From Eledone cirrhosa (taxonomy: Eukaryota), in the NCBI GenBank assembly GCA_964016885.1, contig OZ024741.1:90520001-90584000 (forward strand): 64,000 nucleotides of DNA, written 5' to 3'. Every line of letters begins with the position of its first letter. Positions within the stretch are counted from its first letter, which is position 1. This document shows positions 54,780 to 64,000 of this stretch, piece after piece. The position numbers and the translations under genes were made by a program. A model generated the notes under the pieces. That model was given only the letters and a program-made list of their open reading frames with translations, did not search any database and was not told the DNA's origin.

Positions 54780-54935
54780 CTAAGGCGGGTAAAATTCCCG
54801 AGATCCATGGACGAGTTCTCTCCAGCGGTCTCTGTCCCTCATTATCGCTGCCATGTCCTGCGTCTCCAACAGACCAGTGTCTGTCCTTAGGGCATCAACA
54901 TATGTTAACCTTGGTCTTCCTCTTCCAGTGTGCCC
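54780..54935 (-). mobile_element. RTE LINE 3' end
   Basis: GRGRPRLTYVDALRTDTGL...MRDRDRWRELV* C-terminus. Confidence 0.75.
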
Positions 54936-54937
54936 AT

Positions 54938-55037
<100 letters not shown>

Positions 55038-57783
55038 AAATAGATGAAAGCACTTAATCCATTGTAGAGAGCACGGCATCTAGTTTTTATTAGCAAACAC
55101 TACCATGGCCATGATCTGTGACGCGTCAACGAGTAATAAACGCGCAAGGGAAGATTCAGCGCGACACCTTGTGTGACAGGGTGGGCCCTTTGATTTACAT
55201 GTACATTTCTTTCTGTCGGCTGAGTGGACAGGAGCTATGTGAAATAAAGTAAATGTTCAAGGACATGCCACACCACCCGGAATCGAACTCTCGGCTATAC
55301 AATCGTGAACCGAACACCCTAACCACTAAGCAAACACACACACCCATGCTCGCACACACATACACACTAAGCATACACACACACCCATGCTCGCACGCAC
55401 ATATACCCCCCCCCCCATATATATAATATGTGTGTATGTGTGTGTAATGTGTAGGAACGAGGAAAAACATGAGGGCAACAGATAGTGAAACATGATATTT
55501 TCTATCTGGCATGGTTGTTGGAATGAAGTCAACTTGGAGTGGGTAGTGTTGTTTAATGCTGTGTTCAGATTTAGAGAAGGTGATCAGCTGCACCAGGCTT
55601 CCTTTTAGATTTTCAGCGATAGACGAGTATGTTGGATATAAAAACAAATTTTAAGTTAAGTGCGACTGTGGAACAGGTACAACACAAACATAAAGCTGTG
55701 TGTGTATGTGTGCCAGTGAGTAGAGTCATTTCTGCAATAAAGCGCATTGGGTCAAGTGCTTTAGTATACTTATTGAATACTTAAGCCTGGTTTAGTAATA
55801 GTTACTTATACCATATCTCTTCGAAATTTAAACTCTAACCAAGAAACAAGGGAATTTAAATGGCCTCTAACGGGTAACTGAAACTGTATGGCATGTTTAG
55901 CCCTCTAGCAAATTATCATCACTCACGGATAGTTTTATTGCGGTATAATGAAAATAGAGGTGAATTGGCAGAATTGTTACAACGCTGGATAGAGTGATTC
56001 GTGGTATTAGGTACAGTTCTCAGCGCTTTGAGTTCAAATCCTGCCGAGGTCAACTTTGTCTTTCACCCTTTTTGAAGTTGATTAATGCAGTACCAGTACT
56101 GGAGTCAATGTTCCTCTATATCACTTTCTCTCTCTTCCTCTGGAAGAAATAGGCTGTGTTCCGACCGGGAGAGTGGCGGGCTCCGCTATGTTTGAATACA
56201 CAAATCACGCTGTATAACACTACAGCGCTCCTACGACTCAATAAAGAATTAAGGGTCCATGACCTGGCATATAATGAATATATGTTCGGTTGTGTTTATT
56301 CTTGATGTTATATTTAAAGCCTTATGCAGTATAAGATGAACGTTATTTCCATTTGAAATTCTATAAGGTAGCTCAGGAAGCAAAATTTGCTATTATGATA
56401 CAAATATCAAATGTTAATTACATGTAAATTTTACAATAAAGGACCATTGTAGCCCTCTTACTTAGTCTGTACCAACCTTTTGATTATTTTCAAAATAGCC
56501 TGTTAATATCGCTCACTCTGATCGATCGACAAGATCCCAGACCTCATTCGCTTGCCTAGTGGGGTGGACCTCGTCAAATCGGACCAAGGAAGCAATGTTT
56601 CCATCGGTCCTTCCATTACTGATACTATTTACCGGTCTCAGCTCCTGACAGAAAGAGCAACATGAAATAAAGTGTCTTGCTCGAGGACACAACACATCAG
56701 CCGATCCAGGAATTGAATTCACAACCTCATGATTGCGAACACATCTCTCTAACCACTAAGCCACGCACCTTCACTGCTAATATAAACATTCTAAAAACAT
56801 CAAAGATAATAAAATATGCCGCCCTTCTTACGATAATTGTTTTAACATAGTGCTTATGGGAGAAATATAATATACCACTATAGTTATTAACTCAGTATTT
56901 ACATAACTTGATGTAATCACTTATCATTAATATAAATTATATAGTCAATTCGGCTGTCTTTTTTCATATTCAGGCTATAATATAAATTATCACCAAATTT
57001 TAGGAAGCTGCTTCGATTAACCTGTATAACTCATTTACTATGTTGGACTATCGCCGGTTACGACGATGAGTGTTCTAGTTGTTCGAACAAGGCTTGCTTG
57101 TGAAAATAACATGTATGTGGTTGAGCATTCCACAGACATGAGTACCCTCACGGACATTCAATGGGTGTATCCCCATGGAGATTAAACGCGATAAGGCTTG
57201 CTCTTCAAATTACAAGTACAACTAAATTTTGCCAACTGAGTAGACCGGAGCAACGTGAAATAAAGCGACTTGCTCAAGGACCTAATGCGTCACGCGAATC
57301 AAACATGTGACCTCGCAATCGTGAGTCAAACATCCTGACCACTAAGCTAGGCGGTTTCACAACTCACATGGAATATAACGAAGAAACACTTTGAAGTCTC
57401 TAATCTGAAACTATATGGTGGTCATCGTATTGTGGCTGGATATACTTCTCGAATTTAATTAGGATTGTTTAACTTCTGATCCCACCCATCCTCCAGATAC
57501 TTGTTATTTTTTGAAAACCTAATCTAGAACACCAGACTATTTATTTCTACAAATTATAATTCCCGTTTCTTTTTCTCTATTCTTTTCATGTTTCTATAAC
57601 CCAATTCACCGCCAATAGCCAAGTCAACGCCAATAAGCCAAATCACCGCCTGTCTTTAGTTACATTGTTTTTGAAGTATCGAAGATGATTTCGGGGTTTA
57701 TTTAGAATTGCACAAATCTGCCGTAACACGAACTCATCTCTACATATATTTGTGCATAGTAAAGACATGTGAACACTATGGGT

Positions 57784-57872
57784 TAGTAGTAGTAATAGTA
57801 GTAGTAGCAGCAGTAGCAGTAGTAGTAGTAGTAGCAGCAGCAGCAGCAGCAGCAACAGTAATAGCAACAACT

Positions 57873-57912
<40 letters not shown>

Positions 57913-57945
57913 TAGTAGTAGTGACGGCGGTGGTAGTGGTGGTCG
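57784..57945. repeat. Mixed (GTA)n/(GCA)n/(GTG)n trinucleotide repeat
   Basis: Direct reading. Confidence 0.95.
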
Positions 57946-58642
57946 TGTTGGTAGATCTATTGCCTCAGGTCAGCCGTGGTCAAGTTCATTATAACTGTAG
58001 TGACCGTGCCGTCGTTTAAATCGTAATGCATGGGTAATTGCTGGCCTTGTGCCAAAAGTAGTTTTTTTTTAAATTTAAGACGACGTAGTGTAGTTTGAAG
58101 TGGTTTGAAAGGGGAGATTTGGTTGCTACTTTTGGTTGGGGGACTTTGTAGAGGCTCACTCATTAGCTCGATAGGTAAGTAGCTGTTTCAGAAAGCAGAC
58201 GATGCTAACTATTAAAAGTTCTTGGCACCTTGTTTCCTTATCACTGCGTATATAAAAAGTCTCGCAGGGAAAGATTACAGATTGTTTATCGTGCCTGGTG
58301 TATATAACTAGAGAAAATAAAATATATTTATTTTTGATTAAAACAAAGTGTAACAAAAACAAAATGGAAAACAAAAGAGAAAAATGCTAAAATAATAAAA
58401 CATCTTCATGAAACGAAGAACACAAAAGAAAAACAATGAACAAAACAAAACAAGCTAAATAAAATGAAAGAAATAAAATAAAACAATAATTTAGTCTAAA
58501 ATAAAACAAAATATTCGATATGAGTGAAACAGAGATTAACTGTTGTTTTTATTGTGCATTGTCGGGAAAGCTTTCCTCACTAAAACGTTGGCTGAATTAC
58601 ATTAAGAGGAAAGAAAAAAAAGACACACACACATACACATAC

Positions 58643-58658
58643 ACTCTCTCTCGCTCTT

Positions 58659-58694
<36 letters not shown>

Positions 58695-58724
58695 TCTATC
58701 TCTCTCTCTCTCTCTCTCTCGCTT

Positions 58725-58803
<79 letters not shown>

Positions 58804-58920
58804 TGCTTTCTCTCTCTCACTCGCTCGCACTCTCGCGCTCTCTCTCCTCTCTTTCCTCCCTCTCTCGCTCGCGCTCTCTCTCTTCTCTCTTCACTCTCGC
58901 TCTCTCCCTCCTCTCTCTCT
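58643..58920. repeat. (CT)n-rich microsatellite
   Basis: Direct reading. Confidence 0.95.
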
Positions 58921-59754
58921 CACACACACATGCACACACAGGAGCAAAAGCAAAAAAACATAAAAAATGAAAAAAGAAACACTCATCATCGTAATAGCCT
59001 TTATCACAATTAGAATAATCGTTTACACATTTTAAAGCCTTATACTGAAACAAAATTAGGTTATAAACAGCATGTGGTATTTAGACACTTCCCACATGCC
59101 ATATGTCTACAAAGATTAACAGAGACAAGGTCAGTAGCAACATTCTAGAGCAATAGGCCATAGAACAAAGATGCATGCAAAGATAATTTTATCTGTTCTT
59201 GAGACTGACTACAATAGATAGAAGCTTCATTAAGAGAAGTAAGGCATTAATAATTTCTGATTATTCTAATTCCTACAGGGATTATAGTGAAATGCATTCA
59301 AAGTAGGCTATAATCCACAAAAGACTGCCATTGAAATCACTGCCATTGAAATGACAGGAAGAAAGAAGCAGCTCGCAAGATGACTGAGATAACAGAAATA
59401 GCCTCTTGTTGGTTATAAAGTAAGGGAGAAGAGATGAGCTGGAAGCCACCATGAGAAGATAGGAGCTGGTTTGTTCAACACTGCCAACCCCGCCAAAAGA
59501 AAGGTGTTACGGTTTAAGGTCGAAGCCCCCATGAATTTAGATACCTTCTAAAGACATCACCTCATCCTGACCTAGGCTATAAACAGCGAAGGTGAATGAA
59601 GTTGAGGTAACTTATATAATATATAATTATCCATAAGTTGATAGCCATTGTAAATGTCTGTAATTCATGTACAGAATTGCTACATTAACCTCATTTTGAC
59701 GTCACCAAAGAGTAATGTTTGAAGATACTGTTGCTGATTTGAATGTTTAGAAAA

Positions 59755-59995
59755 TTGCGACACCTTCTCTAGCGGTAACCTGGAGCGTTCGGCTACCAGT
59801 CCAGGCGTCGTTGCCCTCCAAGCCGAAGCGGGCTGTGGTAGAGAAAGTAGCAGTGGAGACATCCTGCTCACAGCTATCGGAGCGGAGTTGGCTTCCCTCA
59901 TCGTCCTCCGTGGCAATGTATTGTCTATCCTGTCGGCAGGGACCAAGATGTGGAGCGTAAGATAGTTCGAGGTGGAGAATACTCGTTCGGACGTC
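59755..59995 (+). mobile_element. Internally deleted CRE-LINE endonuclease 3' fragment
   Basis: DTFSSGNLERSATSPGVVALQAE...LLTAIGAELA...IVLRGNVLSILSAG, homologous to 14560-14905. Confidence 0.6.
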
Positions 59996-60011
59996 ACATA
60001 CATACATACAT

Positions 60012-60690
60012 AAACTTATGTCGGGTCAATCTTTAGTGCTACTGGTAACATGTAACCCAATAGAACCTGTCGTATGGTCGGGTCGTCGGCGACTAAACCG
60101 GCAACATACATACATACACACATATATACATGATGGATGACCCGTCGTTATCGAGTATGGCCATTGCACGATATAACATTATTAATAATAATTAATTAAT
60201 TCCATCGTGCAATGCCTGTGCGTGAAGATATTTTTTAAAGTGAGGAAAGACTGTGCACTGAGCCAATCCCACTCTCTGAGCGACAGTAGCTATAACCCGA
60301 AAAGAAGAAAAGATCAACATCATCGGTAACTACTGAGCCACAGGTTTTATATCGGAATTATCCCCAGTGTCCTGAGTTGCCTTCTCCTAGAAGAATGCCC
60401 TGACAAAGGCTAGGGGTCCTTCGATCCCACTGGTTTAACCGCGCCATCGGGTATCCAGCCCAATTATTTCTATACATAAACACATGTATATACATATTTA
60501 CACATTTTTGGATGGCCGTTGATTCATGAGTTCTTTCGCTCTTTGTCAGGATTTGTTTTTTGTCATGCAGTGTGTCCAAAATCACCCTCCTCACCAAGTA
60601 AACTTATGTCGGTCACTCTTGAGTGCTACTGGTAACATGTAACCCCGTAGAACCTGTCGTATGGTCGGACCGTCGGTGACTAAACTGGCA
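60012..60690. mobile_element. Non-autonomous RTE-derived element (minus, 60130-60598) flanked by two plus-strand copies of its ~90-bp 5' end
   Basis: 60130-60430 matches 36720-36985; 60012-60102 and 60600-60690 are direct repeats and the reverse complement of 7775-7858. Confidence 0.6.
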
Positions 60691-60769
60691 TACATACATA
60701 CATACATACATACATACATACATACATACATACAAACAAACAAACAAACAAACAAACAAAACAAAATTA

Positions 60770-61200
60770 ACAACAAACGAGGAAGAATATATTGAGACAG
60801 ATGGCACTAAGGAATACTGGTGGAACCTGAAAATAAAAACTGCCACCAAATTAAAGCACAACCGGCCTGATATTGTTGTTTGGGACCACACATTGAAAAC
60901 GTGTTCTGTTGTGGAGATCAGCTTCCCACTTGATGTAAACGTTGTCAGAAAAATACAGGAGAAGGAGGACATCTACGGACCATTGATGAGGAGTTTACAA
61001 ATCCAGTGTCCAAGATACACCTTTAGCTTCATACCCATCATTATTGGTGCTACGGGTTATATACCAACCCGCTTGGACCAAAGTATGACTGAACTTGGAT
61101 TTGCGGACAACGAGCGCAGCTCCCTAATTCATAGTCTACAAATGGCTGCGATAGCTGGCACCTTCAAAATATGCAAAACATTCTTGCGATTCAAGTCGTT
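60770..61200 (+). mobile_element. R4/Dong LINE C-terminal restriction-like endonuclease fragment
   Basis: EYWWNLKI...HNRPDIVVWD...VVEISFP...KEDIY...IPIIIGATG. Confidence 0.8.
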
Positions 61201-61309
61201 TACCATACACACAGATACATACATACGTACATAAATACATACACACATACGTGCATACATACACACAGACAGACTGACTGACAGACAGACATAAGCCTTC
61301 TTCGTTTTC

Positions 61310-62295
61310 TTTTCCTCCTTCTTCTTCTTCTTCGCCCACTTTTTCCTGAAAGGGTCCTGGAGGCAAAATCCTTAAACACTTCCTCCAGCGGGTCCTGTCA
61401 AAAGCAACCGTCTCCAACTGATATGGTTGGATCCCCAACATGACCAGCCAAGCTCATGAATGTTATCCAATCATCTTGCTCTGGGCCTACCCCTGTGTCT
61501 TCTACATGTCTGTTTTATCCGTAAAATCTGTTCAGCGATTCTTTCCTGAAACATTCTAACCACATGTCCATAGTATCGGAGCTGTGATCTCTCAATTCGG
61601 TAAGTAGCGGCTCTACCTGGAGTGACCCTCCGATCTCCAAGCTACGAACTTTATCGAATAACGTTACACCAAAAACCCTTCGGAAGAATCCCATTTCGGC
61701 CACTTGTATTCGCGATCGTATTCTTTCGGTGATTACCCAAGATTCATGACCATAGGTAAGGGTTTGCACGAAAACCGAATTGAAGATAGCGAGTTTGGCT
61801 TTTACGCCTACCGCCCTTCTTTTGTTTACCGAATGCTGAAGCTGGCGCATTACTGTCCCAGCACCTGCAATTCTTACACTTAATTCAGCCTCCTGCCTTC
61901 CATCGTAAATACGGCCCCTAAATACTTGAACTTCTCTACTTGCTTCAGTGAAACTCCATTAACAATTAGCGTGCATTGTACAGGCTTCCTTGAGAGGACA
62001 AGTGTCTCAGTTTTCACAGCACTGATTTTCCTTCCAGCCATGCAGCTCTCGGCATCAAACCTATCGAGTGCAAGTAAAAGATCATCTTCTGTCGAGTTGA
62101 GTAACATCATATCGTCTGTAATTTCCAGCCGACTGATTCTACACTGCCAGTTATGACACCACTTCCAACCGGGCTGCGCATGTCAATCCTGTTTATGTAA
62201 ATAATGAACAGGAGAAGTGACAGTGCACCCTTGGCGGAGTCCAACTCCCACATTGAATGGTCTCAATTTAGGACCGTCTATCCGAACACAGACAT
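61310..62295 (-). mobile_element. 5'-truncated RTE LINE (RT to 3' end with (GAA)n tail)
   Basis: GVGLRQGCTV, LKQVEKFKYLG, LTYGHESW...RSRIQVAEMGF, DRTRWR motifs. Confidence 0.85.
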
Positions 62296-64000
62296 AAGCC
62301 AAATATGAAAAATCAAATTATTCAGTTGTATTATTAGGGAATATATATAGGGCGGTCGATTGCGGCATATAGTTACGGCCCTTGACGTTCTGAGTTCAAA
62401 TCGCACCGAGATTAGTTTTGCTTTTCAATCGTACGGGGTCGATGAAATAAAAATGATTTTCTGATTCCTTTCAAATTGCTGGCCTTGTACTAAAAGTAGA
62501 AACAATTAATATGGGACATATAGATAGGTTATTTAACAGGTTGGCACTAGATGGTCTTTTGAGCGTCCCCATGTGTCCCAGTTTTTCTTCAGCATGCCAC
62601 TAAGTGAACTGATGACGCGCAATATATGCTCATTCAAGCTGAGCACCTAGCCTCTCTCAGTTCGAAGACCGACCTGCGTAGTCAAGAGCCACATCATACA
62701 CGAGGTGTCTCAGATACGGCTATTGTGGGATAGTTGAGCAGAACAGATCGGATCTAGAAGAGTAAACCTCAATAAGTAATCTGAGTGTCTCATAGTAAGC
62801 AGTAGTTTATGCGGTGACCATCAGTTTAATTAGATGAGCTTGGCGTCGTGAACACCAGTGACTATTAATTCGACAATGGGTTGGCACAAATTCGACAATG
62901 GGTTGGAGAAATCTATAAGTATGCAGGTGTAGCTAGCCGTATATATTCTAGCCATGAGAAAAAGCAAAATAACAAACAAACAAACAAAAATTCTTCACCT
63001 TCGATGGCGGGTGACTCAAAAAGAGAAGAGAAGAAGACATATTAACTGTTTAGTAAGAGACATATGTTAATTGTTAATAATAAGCTATTGCCAGTCATAA
63101 GGGGATAAAGGCGGTCGATTTGGCAGAGACGTTAAAGTTTTCGATATTTGTTGCTGGTCTCTGGGTTCTTAGTTAAAATCCCGCCGAGGTCTGCTTTGAA
63201 TTTTATCTATTCCCGGTCGATAACGAAAGTATCCACCGAGTCATGGTGCAGTCCTATATCACTCCATCAGGAATGCCCTAGATCTTACCCTGGGTCAAAC
63301 GAGAGAGACTCGTGTGGTTGCCTGTGTCTGATTCGCACCTAAACTCTTAGCGAAAGCACTTGATTGCAAGTGACAGCTGTATGAGTTGTGGATGTCAATA
63401 ATTAAAAGACATGAACTACTTCCTATGTACAGTTCGTGCTAACATACTTTTCTCACCCGAGAAGTTTTAATTAATTAAATTTGCATTGTAATGTTAAATA
63501 AAGGCAGGAGAAACGAACCGAAAATGTTAATCAATTAATATTAATTAAAATTAGAATATGGGTAATGCATTGGAGAGTGAGTTTGAACTTGTCAACACAA
63601 TGACAACTGCAAACATGTTTCGATCGTGTCCAATCTTCACCAGATACTGGCAAACAAGGATGAATTGACACACACACACATACAATACTAATATATTTAT
63701 TAAACGAGCAAATAAGTTTCTGTCGTGAGCAGGGTCACTTACACTCATTGCTCACATTTTGCTTTTCGCTGGCAATTCTTGACCAAAATTTATCATTAAA
63801 ATCTTCCAATATAATTTTGTATTGTTTATTTTCAGAAGTTTACGTCTATGAAATATACCCAGTAAAATCTTCGCCATAAAAAGGATATCGTTTGGCATTA
63901 TTCCCAAACTCTCGTTTTTCTATCATATGTTAAGTTACTATTTTAGTAATGAAATAAGTAATAATTTTAGTATATCCCTCAAAATGCTTCATTTTGGCAG

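Noticed and set aside
57708-58019. Poly-Val/Ala or poly-Leu ORFs
   Set aside because: Trinucleotide repeat translations without exon context

Overview
AT-rich, microsatellite-dense eukaryotic DNA. The SINE/LINE repertoire suggests an octopus or related cephalopod; this is inference. The only host coding sequence I can support is one vWA-domain exon (698-1276), so most of the window looks like a large intron or intergenic region filled with transposon debris: RTE, CR1, CRE, R4/Dong and Tx1-like LINE fragments, tRNA-SINEs, Helitrons and a decayed hAT (Buster/Charlie) element. The main signal is a Penelope-like element (PLE) and hammerhead ribozyme (HHR) system. (i) An apparently intact PLE (RT plus C-terminal GIY-YIG, Hydra-clade motifs, 39195-43511) has pseudo-LTRs that each carry a type-I hammerhead with a covaried U3:A8 core. 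The two predicted cuts would release a 3558-nt unit containing the whole ORF. (ii) A 1.28-kb inverted arm on its left copies the element's 3' end and also ~260 bp of the right-hand host flank, consistent with cDNA fold-back. (iii) Across the 64 kb I can fold about 13 plausible and several decayed hammerheads by eye, from at least 7 sequence families, most next to (TA)n. They include non-canonical cores (U3:A8, A4 with a CUU site, C4) and very long stem II insertions. Several palindromes centred on (TA)n or on a hammerhead stem point to the same fold-back process. All ribozyme calls are manual base-pairing readings and none has been tested.
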